From assembly GCA_037968595.1 (NCBI GenBank), contig JBBKVU010000421.1, positions 1 to 42,409 on the forward strand: a stretch of DNA of 42,409 bases, written 5' to 3'. Shown here one piece after another: positions 32,957-41,823 of the stretch (its first letter is position 1; the number at the start of each line of letters is the position of its first letter). Origin of the DNA: Comamonas sp. (GTDB lineage: Bacteria; Pseudomonadota; Gammaproteobacteria; Burkholderiales; Burkholderiaceae_C). A model generated the notes under the pieces. It was not told the DNA's origin, searched no databases, and was given only the letters and a program-made list of their open reading frames with translations. The translations under genes were made by a program, and so were the position numbers.

Positions 32957-35300
32957 TTTGTTGCGCCGGCTGGTTGAACTGGTCCATGCGCTGGTTCACG
33001 GCATCCAGGCGCCCGCGGCTTGCCGCTGTAATCTCGGCCACCCGTTCGCGCGAGTCCGCGTCAATGCGCGCGACCTGCAGGCGCACGTCGGCGTCTTTGG
33101 TCAGCTTGAGGGTTTGGTTTGCCAGGTCGGCCTGGGCTTTGGCCAGCTGCTGCTGCACCCGGGTGAGCTCCATGTCGGCGTCGCGGCGCACCGTGGCCGC
33201 CACGCCCTCCATCTGCTGGGCCTGGGCCTGCTCGGAATCGCCGCCGCCGCGCAGGGCAAGTGCTTCGGCCTCCAGCTTCGAGGCGCGCGCGTTGACCTCG
33301 CGCACCTTTGCCATCTGCTCGGCCAGTGCCTGCTTGGCGCTCTCCTGCTGCATCTGCAGGGCCTCGGCCTGGGCCTGCATCTGCTGCTGGATCTGCTGCT
33401 GCTCCTCGGGCGTCATGGGCTTGTTCGGGTCGCGCTCCCCGGTCAGCTTGCGCATCTCGTCTGCCAGTGCGTCATGGTTCGGCAGGTCCGAGTACTCCAT
33501 CGCCAAGGTGAGCAAGCGCAGCGCGACCTCGGGCGGCATGCGGCCGGCCATCTGCGTCATGGCGTCGAACATCACCTGGCGCAGCGTGCCGGCATAGTCC
33601 TGCTCGCTGACCACGAAGTCGGCCATGCTGGACGTGATGTCGTTGAGGTAGCGCACCGAGCCGTCGGCCTGCTGCTCGGGCTGGTTGATCTTCACCCAGT
33701 CGAGCTGTCCCTTATGACCCGACAGGCGCACCACCTTCTCTTCGGTGTACCACTGCTCGATCAGCGAAAGGATCTTCTCGCCCTGCGTCTGCACCAGGAA
33801 GCGCAGGTTGTCGAAGGGCTCCGTGGTCACCACGCTGCCCTGCATCTGGCGCGCTTTGATGGCCTCGCCGCTGCTGGCGTTGGTCTGGCGCCCCAGGTTC
33901 TCGTTGCTGATGCCCGCTGATTTCTGGATCGCCTGGGCGTTCAGCGTCATCATCTGCACCTGGCCCGCCGCCATTTCGCTGTCGCGGTGGATCTCCAGCT
34001 TCTTGCCGGCCTTGTAGACGATCACGCCGTCGGGCTGGCTGGCTTCCTCGCGCGCCTCGTTGATGTCGTCCACCGCGCCCTTCTCGACCAGCAGCTGATT
34101 CGTGGACAGCAGGAACAGCGCCTTGCTCGCACGCTTATTCAGGTCCATCTGCAGGTCGCGCACGCGGCGCACCACGCCGTATGGCATGCGATCGCGCCCG
34201 CGGCGATAGCACCACACCGGCGTCAGGCTGAAGCTGTTGTGACGCATCGGCATGGGGCCGAGGGCCAGCAGGTGGCCCTCTGTCATCACCGCCACATGCA
34301 TGCGCATCACCACGCGGTCCACGATGGAGCCGCCCGACTGGCCAATGGCGTCCATAAGCACGTGATCCCACGCTTCTACGAACGAGCCCTTGAATGGACC
34401 ATCTGTCACCACGCGCACCTTGATGGGCATGCGGAACTGGCACTCGATGAGCCGAATGCGGCGCCGCGGCTCCGTGTCGATGTTGCCGCGCCCGCCGGCC
34501 ACATGGCTGCCGCGCGACTCGCTCATGTGCGATGCGCTGGTGTAGCCGTCAGCGTTGAATTCGTCCTCGCCCCACTGCTGGGAGCTGTATTCGCGGTCAT
34601 GCTCCACCGATCGGCGCAGTACGCTGTCCCGGTCTGGGTACATGGCATAGGCCACATCGTCATCAACCCAGCGGGAACGGAAGATGTAGCGCGCGTCGCT
34701 CAAGTCATGCTCGACGGCCATGCTGTCGTGGAGAACGTTGCGCCAGTCCTCGTACTTGTCGTAGATGATGTCCTTGGTAGGGTCGTTGCGCACGCCGGTG
34801 TCCACCCAGCCCACGCCCACCTTGACCGCGTCCGCGAAGGCGCGCGACCGATTGAAAGCGGAGCGGTTGATGTCGGTGGCGTATTTCAGGACCTTGGTCT
34901 TGACGTCGGCCATCTCCACATCATCCTCAGTGCGCGGCAACACCTTCCAGTCGACGCGCGCGCGCCGCTCGGTGCCGATCAGCCAGTCCACCATGGGCGC
35001 GACTTCGTTGAACACCAGAGGCATCTGGCCGCGCTCCTCGAGGACGGCCGCGTCTGCGAAGTCCCACTGGTCGCCGTCGTAGAAGTCGGCGTCGACCGCC
35101 ATCTGCAGGCGGTTCTCGGCTTGAATCTCGCGCTCGCGGTAGTACCAGCCCAGGCACTTCTTCAGCACCGCGCGCGCTGGATCCTGGTCCAGCTTGTGAA
35201 CGGGCACCGCGTCGCGCTGGTCCTCGTCGCCGGCGTCAAAGCCCACGATGTTGTCGCCAGGGGCCGAGTTACGGTTGATGCGCGGATCAAGCAGGGACAT
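32946..35300 (-). CDS. Portal protein (P22-like, with Q-rich C-terminal barrel)
   Basis: DFYDGDQW, RGQMPLVFN, YGVVRRVRDLQ, NASSGEAIKARQMQG. Confidence 0.9.
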   Translation of the reverse strand: MSLLDPRINRNSAPGDNIVGFDAGDEDQRDAVPVHKLDQDPARAVLKKCLGWYYREREIQAENRLQMAVDADFYDGDQWDFADAAVLEERGQMPLVFNEVAPMVDWLIGTERRARVDWKVLPRTEDDVEMADVKTKVLKYATDINRSAFNRSRAFADAVKVGVGWVDTGVRNDPTKDIIYDKYEDWRNVLHDSMAVEHDLSDARYIFRSRWVDDDVAYAMYPDRDSVLRRSVEHDREYSSQQWGEDEFNADGYTSASHMSESRGSHVAGGRGNIDTEPRRRIRLIECQFRMPIKVRVVTDGPFKGSFVEAWDHVLMDAIGQSGGSIVDRVVMRMHVAVMTEGHLLALGPMPMRHNSFSLTPVWCYRRGRDRMPYGVVRRVRDLQMDLNKRASKALFLLSTNQLLVEKGAVDDINEAREEASQPDGVIVYKAGKKLEIHRDSEMAAGQVQMMTLNAQAIQKSAGISNENLGRQTNASSGEAIKARQMQGSVVTTEPFDNLRFLVQTQGEKILSLIEQWYTEEKVVRLSGHKGQLDWVKINQPEQQADGSVRYLNDITSSMADFVVSEQDYAGTLRQVMFDAMTQMAGRMPPEVALRLLTLAMEYSDLPNHDALADEMRKLTGERDPNKPMTPEEQQQIQQQMQAQAEALQMQQESAKQALAEQMAKVREVNARASKLEAEALALRGGGDSEQAQAQQMEGVAATVRRDADMELTRVQQQLAKAQADLANQTLKLTKDADVRLQVARIDADSRERVAEITAASRGRLDAVNQRMDQFNQPAQQNEN

Positions 35301-35709
35301 ACTCCGCTCCCTTGTTCTCGATCGTCAGGGCTTCCCGGGCGATTTCCTTGCCGTCGGCCATGATCTTCATCTGGCCGAACTCGCGGCCCTTGGTGCCGTA
35401 GTCGGGCTCGCTGGGCATGCGGTACAGGTCGGGATAGCCCTCGTGGATGATCGTGGCCACGCGCACCCAGTTGGCGCGCGACGGCGCAATGCCCAGGACC
35501 TCGCAGGCGGTAACGCACTGGCGTGCCATATAGGCGGTGTCGTCGTATTTGTAGGCCGCGCTCTCCATGACGACGTACCACGGCGCGCCCTTGCGGTACG
35601 CGGGTAGCAGCACCAAGGCGCGCTCGCCGTTGATCCAGGTGTAGATAGCCAGCAAGTCCCCGTGCTGGCGGTGAAGGTGCGCTTTGCGCAGGTCGATACA
35701 TGCAGGCAT
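35287..35709 (-). CDS. Hypothetical protein (140 aa) between TerL and portal
   Basis: ATG 35709 lies 7 nt after the promoter motif; 3' end overlaps the portal start. Confidence 0.65.
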   Translation of the reverse strand: MPACIDLRKAHLHRQHGDLLAIYTWINGERALVLLPAYRKGAPWYVVMESAAYKYDDTAYMARQCVTACEVLGIAPSRANWVRVATIIHEGYPDLYRMPSEPDYGTKGREFGQMKIMADGKEIAREALTIENKGAEYVPA

Positions 35710-35716
35710 GCCGGCC

Positions 35717-35736
35717 AGATTGGCAGGCTTGGTACG
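35717..35736 (-). promoter_or_regulatory. Late-promoter-like motif, leaderless arrangement
   Basis: CGTACCAAGCCTGCCAATCT followed by 7 nt and ATG. Confidence 0.75.
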
Positions 35737-35738
35737 GA

Positions 35739-37007
35739 TCAGCGCGCCATGCTGGAGCCCCTGCGCTTGACCTGGCTGCCGCTCTGACCCTGCGCATCGT
35801 TGTCCATGCGCGGCAAGGCCATGCCCAGGTAGCGCCACACATCCGCGCCGTGGCTGTATTCATCGTGCAGGGGCGCACCAGGCTCCATAGTGCGCGGGTC
35901 GATGGTGCGTTTGTAGCGTTTCAGGCACTCCAGCAGGCGCGCGCACTTCTTCTCGTCGAGGTAGCCCTGAGAGAAGATGCCGCGCGCCAGACGAATGCCG
36001 GCCTCGAGCCCGAAGCGGTCCAGCACCTCAACCTCACGGCCCATGTCTTCCAGGATCTGCGCCGCCGTCTGCCCAGTCTTGAAGTCGCCGTGCGCGCCGT
36101 CGTGCGGCAGGAAGTCTGTGCCCCAGCGGTAGGGCAGCTTCTCCATCTGCTGCACGTAGTCCTCCAGCGTGCGCTGGTTGTCCTGGATGAAGTCAATGAC
36201 GCGGAAGTCCAGCGACGTGCGCTGTACAAAGGCAATGGCCATGTTGTCGGCCCAACCCAAGTCCCACACGGTGTGCACGGGCAGCTTGGGGTTGTAATTG
36301 ACGCGGCACACGCGGCCGTCGCTGTAGATGCGCTCGACCTCCTTGGCATAGATGGCACCTGCGACGGTGCGCTTGGGCTTGCCCTCCCAGATGTTGTCGT
36401 AGTCATCAGGGTTCGTGAGCTTGTACTTGCGTCGCTCCAGCTCCAGCACATTGGGGAACCAGGGGTTGTCCCGCCAATTGATGGCGCACACCCAGGTGTC
36501 AGAGCTTGGCGTGGCGATGAAGCGGCTGTATGTCTCGTCCGTCTCCATATCTGGATTCAGCGTCATCCAGATTTCGCTGCCCTCCTTGCGGATGGTGGGC
36601 ACCAGCACGTCCCAGCTCTTTTTGCTGACGCCTTGCGCTTCCTCGACCCACACGCGGTCCACGCCCTCAAACGACTTGATGGAGTCCACCGTGTGGCTTT
36701 GCAGACCCGCGAACAGAATCAGCGTGCCGTTGGCGCCGCGAATCTCCGTGTCCAGCACCTCGTAGAAGCCGGTAAGCCCCAGCTTGACGATCTTGTCCTT
36801 GAGCAGCCGGTGTACAGAGTCGCGCATGGACTTCTGGATCTCGCGCGCGCACAGGATGCGCAGCGGAGCGCGCGCGCCCTGGTCCAGCAGCACTTCGGCC
36901 ACGCCGTGGGACTTGCCGCCGCCGCGCCCGCCGTGCATCACCTTGTACCGCCGCGGGTCGTAAAGCGGTGCCAGCTTCTCAGGCAGGCTCAGATTCAGCG
37001 TCAGCAC
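35739..37007 (-). CDS. terL: Terminase large subunit (PBSX family)
   Basis: Walker A GGRGGGKS, CAREIQKSM, Walker B WVEEA, WDLG, HDEYSHGAD. Confidence 0.95.
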   Translation of the reverse strand: MLTLNLSLPEKLAPLYDPRRYKVMHGGRGGGKSHGVAEVLLDQGARAPLRILCAREIQKSMRDSVHRLLKDKIVKLGLTGFYEVLDTEIRGANGTLILFAGLQSHTVDSIKSFEGVDRVWVEEAQGVSKKSWDVLVPTIRKEGSEIWMTLNPDMETDETYSRFIATPSSDTWVCAINWRDNPWFPNVLELERRKYKLTNPDDYDNIWEGKPKRTVAGAIYAKEVERIYSDGRVCRVNYNPKLPVHTVWDLGWADNMAIAFVQRTSLDFRVIDFIQDNQRTLEDYVQQMEKLPYRWGTDFLPHDGAHGDFKTGQTAAQILEDMGREVEVLDRFGLEAGIRLARGIFSQGYLDEKKCARLLECLKRYKRTIDPRTMEPGAPLHDEYSHGADVWRYLGMALPRMDNDAQGQSGSQVKRRGSSMAR

Positions 37008-37589
37008 TCAGTCTTCCTCGGGGCGCGCGGGAGGGCGAACAAACGTGACAGTGCTCCGAACCTGTATAGCGCCACCACCAGCACCGGTGTGGATCGCTTC
37101 GATCTTGTCGCCGTACTTCTTGGGCGCCATCTTGGCTGCCAGCCACTTGCGCGCATCAACGCGCAGACGGTTGCGCGCTACTGCGGTAGGGTCGAACACC
37201 ACTTCGGTCTGGCCATCGCCATCGTCATGGGAGCCATGCTTGTCGGCCCTGACCATGGTGCACTCTTCGTCAGCTATGGCCAGAATGTCTTCGGCCATCC
37301 AGTCGGCCTGTGCCTCGCGCGCACGCGCGTATTGCCCACGAAAATCGGACTTGGTTTCATCCGCCAGCCAGCGCAGCACCGTTGTGACAGAAGGCATGCC
37401 AACGGCTTCGCAGATGGACCGCAAGCTGTTGCCCGTCGCAATACGCTCACAGATGGTGTCGCACACCCTTTGCGTGAAGCGGCCCTGCGGCGCGCGCGGC
37501 TTCGCTGAGGCCTTGCGCGCGGGCTTGCTGCCGCGTCCTGGCCCCGCCGTGGTCTTGGCCTTGGCCGGCTTTGGGGATTGTTTCGTCAT
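37008..37589 (-). CDS. terS: Terminase small subunit (Sf6-like)
   Basis: ICERIATGNSLRSIC...YARARE...RLRVDARKWLAAKMAPKKYGDK. Confidence 0.9.
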   Translation of the reverse strand: MTKQSPKPAKAKTTAGPGRGSKPARKASAKPRAPQGRFTQRVCDTICERIATGNSLRSICEAVGMPSVTTVLRWLADETKSDFRGQYARAREAQADWMAEDILAIADEECTMVRADKHGSHDDGDGQTEVVFDPTAVARNRLRVDARKWLAAKMAPKKYGDKIEAIHTGAGGGAIQVRSTVTFVRPPARPEED

Positions 37590-37595
37590 CCCGCC

Positions 37596-37615
37596 AACTT
37601 GTCAGGCTTGGCACG
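37596..37615 (-). promoter_or_regulatory. Late-promoter-like motif upstream of terS, leaderless arrangement
   Basis: CGTGCCAAGCCTGACAAGTT followed by 6 nt and ATG 37589. Confidence 0.75.
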
Positions 37616-37628
37616 CTGCCGGACGCCC

Positions 37629-37663
37629 AAAGAAAAAGCCCCGGCGCTGTTGCGCACGGGGCC
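37629..37663 (-). terminator. Terminator separating the early/middle region from the late region
   Basis: GCCCCG-TGCGCAACAGCGC-CGGGGC followed by TTTTTCTTT on the - strand. Confidence 0.7.
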
Positions 37664-37681
37664 TTGCATAGGCGTGGAGGC

Positions 37682-38014
37682 TCAGGCCTGCGGGGCCGCG
37701 CCTTCATCTCTCTTCAGCTGGTACCGCAGCACTGCCTTGCGCCCGGGAAATTCCGCGCACTCGGCCTTGATGAGGCCCTGCCCGGCCAGATACTGCAGCG
37801 CCCAATCGATTTCCCCCTTGGAGCGTCCCAGCGCCAGAACGAGCTCGGGATGGAAGAACCATCGCTTGGGGTCGCGCGTAAGGAACCGCAGCAATACATC
37901 GGTACCGCTGCCCGGCCGGATGACGCCGGGAGGTCGGGGATTATGGTTGCGCGGCCGTACTGGCTCGGCGCGCCCCTCCAACTGCCCCACCATCCACCCG
38001 AGGGGGCCATTCAT
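37682..38014 (-). CDS. Winged-helix-like protein; candidate late activator
   Basis: VLLRFL...WFFHPELVLALGRSKGEIDWALQYLAGQGLI...LRYQ; last gene before the late region; start uncertain. Confidence 0.55.
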   Translation of the reverse strand: MNGPLGWMVGQLEGRAEPVRPRNHNPRPPGVIRPGSGTDVLLRFLTRDPKRWFFHPELVLALGRSKGEIDWALQYLAGQGLIKAECAEFPGRKAVLRYQLKRDEGAAPQA

Positions 38015-38145
38015 GCCTGACGTGCACATCAAAGCTCCCCAGAAATAGCTGGCGCTTGCTGGAGCGCGGCTGGTAGTTCATAAATGGCATCGAAGCTACG
38101 TGGCGTCATGGTCGTTGTGCTCTCGTTCATCGGGAAATCAGTTCG

Positions 38146-38658
38146 TCACGCTTCAGGCGCCCACAAGGGCAAACGCTTCGGCCATTGGCCGGAGTCTAGG
38201 ACCGCGGCGCGGGTGATGCGGCCCCATTCGAGGCCATAGGAGCGGTGACCCTCGCGGCCACCCGGCACAAGTCGGTACTGGTCATAAGCCGTATGGCAGC
38301 CCTCGACGCCAGGCCGGGTCGAGCACAAAGGAAACCCCGTGCGGTCGTCCGTCTTCAGGCTAAGGCCCTTGCCCAGGTTGAGGTGGGCGTGCTGGCTGAA
38401 ACCCTCGATGCCGCACCACAAGCAGCGCAGCGCAGCGACTGCCTCCCGATAAGGCTTGCTGCTCAGCAGCTCCTCCTTGGGTATCGAGGCCGCTGGTGCT
38501 GACGCGCAGGCCATGACAGAGGCACGCGGAGTTACCTCGCCCATGGCCCGCGCCGCGCGCGCTGCCAGGCGCTGCTCGCGACTGGCCTCGTACGTTCCCG
38601 CAGCGGCTGCAGGGCGCGTGCGGCCAAAGCCGGCTGAATTGAAGGGCCTGGGCTTCAT
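38146..38658 (-). CDS. Zn-binding HNH-like protein (DUF968/DUF1364-like, nin region)
   Basis: CLWCG...QHAH...GKGLSLKTDD...FPLC...CH..YD. Confidence 0.7.
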   Translation of the reverse strand: MKPRPFNSAGFGRTRPAAAAGTYEASREQRLAARAARAMGEVTPRASVMACASAPAASIPKEELLSSKPYREAVAALRCLWCGIEGFSQHAHLNLGKGLSLKTDDRTGFPLCSTRPGVEGCHTAYDQYRLVPGGREGHRSYGLEWGRITRAAVLDSGQWPKRLPLWAPEA

Positions 38659-38828
38659 GACCATTCGGGCGGCTCCTGGTCGACGGTCACGAGAAAGCCG
38701 TATTCGTTCATGACGCAGATCAGCAGCCAGCCCACCCGAACGGTCCTGCAGCATCGGTTTTCCATTTCCCACCAGCATCGGTACCGGCCATCGGGCGTGC
38801 GCTCCATGCGAGGACGTGCCGGCCTCAT
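38655..38828 (-). CDS. Small hypothetical protein
   Basis: ATGA overlaps at both ends. Confidence 0.5.
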   Translation of the reverse strand: MRPARPRMERTPDGRYRCWWEMENRCCRTVRVGWLLICVMNEYGFLVTVDQEPPEWS

Positions 38829-39070
38829 GTGGCATAGCCTCCAGCCTGCGCCCATGTCCAGGCGAAATAGGCAGTTCTAGGCGTCAGTCCAGTGGCAGTA
38901 ATGCCTGAGCCCGAACAGGCCCAGAAAAGGCCCGTGCGCTTGATGCGCGGCTTCATGAATGCTTGGCGCTTTTGATGGGCGGCTGCTACAGCCCTGGCGC
39001 GAAGCTGAATCTCGAGGTCGATTCCGCGCAACGCGCCTAAATCCCGATGCATAAGAATGGTGGTACTCAT
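38825..39070 (-). CDS. Small hypothetical protein
   Basis: ATGA overlaps; KPRIKR..FWAC...GLTPRTAY.AW pattern. Confidence 0.55.
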   Translation of the reverse strand: MSTTILMHRDLGALRGIDLEIQLRARAVAAAHQKRQAFMKPRIKRTGLFWACSGSGITATGLTPRTAYFAWTWAQAGGYAT

Positions 39071-39384
39071 GGGCGCTCCACAGGCTGCAAATCGCTCAGC
39101 AGCGCCAGCTCGGGTATGCCAAGGTTCATGGCCAGCCCAAACTCGACCGTTGCGCCGCGCGAGCTGCTCCAGCCGGGCAGCAAGTCGATGGCATCGCATG
39201 TCACCAGCTGCGCGATCGCCATGCGCATGTAGCCCTCCCAGCTTCCGCAGACCGGTACCGGGTTCTCAGCAGGGTTCTCGACGTGGAAGCCGCGGGCGCG
39301 CAGTTCGGCCGCGCGGGCGTTGAAGGCTGGATAGTTGAGCTCGGGAAGTCCGCTCATGGGGCCAGCAATGTAAATGCGCTTCAT
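39067..39384 (-). CDS. DUF4406 (nucleoside 2-deoxyribosyltransferase-like) protein
   Basis: RIYIAGPMSGLPELNYPAF...NPAE...CDAIDLLPGW..SRGA..E. Confidence 0.85.
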   Translation of the reverse strand: MKRIYIAGPMSGLPELNYPAFNARAAELRARGFHVENPAENPVPVCGSWEGYMRMAIAQLVTCDAIDLLPGWSSSRGATVEFGLAMNLGIPELALLSDLQPVERP

Positions 39385-39386
39385 GG

Positions 39387-39731
39387 TCAGAATCTCTCGA
39401 CAGCCCAGCCGCCGCCCTCTTTTTTGGTCTTCACCTTCACAGCAATGAAGCGGAAGGGGTACAGATCGGCGGCGATCTTGATCTTGGCGCGGGCATCGTC
39501 TTCCCAGAAGCCCTTGACCTCGTGCAGCTCCATCACGCCATCGGCTGCCATGACAGCAAAGTCCGGGGTGTAGAACGTGTTGTCGGCCAGGCGCAGCTTC
39601 AGCCCTTCGAACTTGCGCCACTGGATTTCGCCGGCGTGCTGCAGGAGAGCCAGGTGCCGGTCGTAGGCAGCCTCGGTCTTGTTCATCGCGCCAACCTTGA
39701 GGCGGCCCAGTGCGTACATTGCTTTGCTCAT
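39387..39731 (-). CDS. PD-(D/E)XK endonuclease (DUF1064-like)
   Basis: MNKTEAAY...YTPDF...HEVKGFW. Confidence 0.8.
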   Translation of the reverse strand: MSKAMYALGRLKVGAMNKTEAAYDRHLALLQHAGEIQWRKFEGLKLRLADNTFYTPDFAVMAADGVMELHEVKGFWEDDARAKIKIAADLYPFRFIAVKVKTKKEGGGWAVERF

Positions 39732-39744
39732 GTGCCTGCGCCCC

Positions 39745-40248
39745 TCACAGCATGACCACGACATCGCCAGGCCGCGCGCGACCCTGCAATATCTCGCGCA
39801 CGCGCCGCTCAGCATGCCGATGGGCGCGGACCAAGTCCCGCTCTGGCGCACTGGCAACGATGACCTTGTAGTCGGCCAGGAAGGCGTCCATCGCCGCAAT
39901 GCCTTCGGCATCAAGGCGCAAAGGCTCGCCCTCCTGCATGCGCATGCCGGCCAGCGCCAGCGCCTTCGTGGCCTCGCTGGTCAGCTTGCCGGGGTCCTGC
40001 ACCGCACCGGTGGCGACCAGCGCCTCCATGATGTTGACCGAATCGGTGACGGCGGCCCAGTCGTCCTTGGTCGGCTTCTCGCCATTGATCAGCGCATCGA
40101 TCCCCGAAAAGACGTGCAGCATGTGACCATCAAGACGGTGCGCGGGCATGGGCCGGGTTGCGCTGGCGCTGATTTCTTCCAGCAGCGTGAACGAAAGCCC
40201 CACGGGCTTGAAATGCGTTTGACCGCGGCGGTGTTTGATCTTTTTCAT
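39745..40248 (-). CDS. Hypothetical protein
   Basis: ATG 40248 coupled to the upstream stop. Confidence 0.6.
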   Translation of the reverse strand: MKKIKHRRGQTHFKPVGLSFTLLEEISASATRPMPAHRLDGHMLHVFSGIDALINGEKPTKDDWAAVTDSVNIMEALVATGAVQDPGKLTSEATKALALAGMRMQEGEPLRLDAEGIAAMDAFLADYKVIVASAPERDLVRAHRHAERRVREILQGRARPGDVVVML

Positions 40249-40736
40249 GGGGTTTCCTCGCTGATCGCCTTGCGCGCCAGCACTTGCCGATAGCCGGCGA
40301 TCTGAAATGGCGTCAGGCGCTCGCCGGCTTCGTGCCGGGCTTTCAGCGCCAGCCACGGCCGCAGGGGATCGGCTGCGCCCTCTGCCATCGCTTCCTTGAT
40401 CCCGGCCAACTTGGCCTTCGAGCGTGCGACCACCGCCTGATTCGCCGCGGGACGCGCCAGCCGCGGTGCCACCGGCAGCGGCGCCTGGTTGGCCAGGTTG
40501 CGGAACTGCTTCACGTTGGGCACGCGTTCCGGCAGGATGGTCAGCGCATGCAGCAGCGGCGCCGGGTTCCGAGCGAAACCGGAAAGCTCTTGCTCCCAGT
40601 CGCTCTTGACCATCCGCATGTCCACGCCTTCCCACTGCCGCAGCCATGACGCGCCGTAGCGCACCTGCAGCTTTGTGAACACCAGCTCGATCAAGCCTTT
40701 GAACGTCAGCGGGGTATCAGCGGGGTGCATGCTCAT
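40245..40736 (-). CDS. Protein following the initiator (lambda P / helicase-loader position)
   Basis: VFTKLQVRYGASW..QW...W..EL...PNVKQF; synteny; start 40736 or 40730. Confidence 0.55.
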   Translation of the reverse strand: MSMHPADTPLTFKGLIELVFTKLQVRYGASWLRQWEGVDMRMVKSDWEQELSGFARNPAPLLHALTILPERVPNVKQFRNLANQAPLPVAPRLARPAANQAVVARSKAKLAGIKEAMAEGAADPLRPWLALKARHEAGERLTPFQIAGYRQVLARKAISEETP

Positions 40737-41823
40737 CCCCTTCACCCACAACTGGACCGGCCACGGCGCCGAGCTTCACCTGGCCGCTTTGCACCAGCGC
40801 GTTCAAGAGCTCGATCGGATTCGGGGCGCCTGGCACCTTGCGGGCAGCCAGCGGCGTGACTTCCTCGACCCGCTGACGCGCGGCGCGCTGTGCGTAGGTT
40901 TCGACTTGTGCTTGCTGGTCGTCCTGCGATGCTCCGGACACGGCACGGGCCCACTGTGTGCGGTAGCCCTCGGCCTGGTTCACCAACACGCCAACGCCGT
41001 GAGAGTTGTTCACGACAAACGGCTCATTCACGTTGGCGACGTACCACGCAGCGACCTGCGGCGCTTCTTCGTACCCCAGGCGTTTGACCAGCGCTTTCAC
41101 GTTGGCATTCACCGGCGCATTGCGCACAGGCTTCACCTTGTATCGCTGCTCATAGGCCGCGCTGTAAGCGGTCCAGGTGGCGCGGCAGGCTTCCTGCAGA
41201 GCCGCTTCGACGTCATCGATTGCGCCGGCGGCGAGGTTGCTGCCCGTCGGCTGAGAATTTTTCTTGGCTGGCTTCTTCGCGGTCTTCTTTGCTCCAGCAT
41301 TCGCCTTCTTTACCGCGGCTGGTGCGGCGCCAGCCGTGCCAGAGAATGTAGTCTTTGTTGTAGTCTTTGTTCTATTAGCATCGGTGCAATCTGCACCTTC
41401 CGATTGGGGCAAATTGCCCTTCCCCATCGGGGCATCTTGCCCCTCTCCATCGGTGCAATTTGCACCAATGGACGGGTGCAAATTGCTCGCTTCAAGCAGC
41501 GTGACGGCTTTGTAGTCAACGGTGTAGTAGTTGGTCTGGTCGCGGGCCGCCTCAGCCAGCTTTTGCACGCGGATCAAGCCCCGGGCCTTGAGCGCGGCAA
41601 GGGCACGCTTCACGGTGTCCTTGGACCAGAACGGGAACTGCGCGTGCCAGCTGTCCAGCGAGTTGAAGACCCACCGGCATCCTTGGTGCTCGACGCCGCC
41701 CCGCTTCTTCTTCACCCAGTAGTCGATCTGCTGCAGCACGATCGCTTCGTTCAGGCCGACGATCGCGGCCAGTCGCCGGTTGACCAGCAGGATGTCGTCT
41801 TTGTCGAACAGAAGACTGCTCAT
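40717..41823 (-). CDS. Phage replication initiator-like protein
   Basis: N-terminal wHTH GLNEAIVLQQIDYW...WVFNS..W..QFPFWS..TVKR. Confidence 0.75.
   Translation of the reverse strand: MSSLLFDKDDILLVNRRLAAIVGLNEAIVLQQIDYWVKKKRGGVEHQGCRWVFNSLDSWHAQFPFWSKDTVKRALAALKARGLIRVQKLAEAARDQTNYYTVDYKAVTLLEASNLHPSIGANCTDGEGQDAPMGKGNLPQSEGADCTDANRTKTTTKTTFSGTAGAAPAAVKKANAGAKKTAKKPAKKNSQPTGSNLAAGAIDDVEAALQEACRATWTAYSAAYEQRYKVKPVRNAPVNANVKALVKRLGYEEAPQVAAWYVANVNEPFVVNNSHGVGVLVNQAEGYRTQWARAVSGASQDDQQAQVETYAQRAARQRVEEVTPLAARKVPGAPNPIELLNALVQSGQVKLGAVAGPVVGEGDEHAPR

Noticed and set aside
11332-37615. CRISPR array or REP-type repeats
   Set aside because: Copies are kilobases apart, single-oriented and tied to gene starts; there are no regular spacers and no cas genes.
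39067-39384. DUF4406 protein as a Thoeris/TIR-like defence gene
   Set aside because: Common phage nin-region gene with no adjacent effector.
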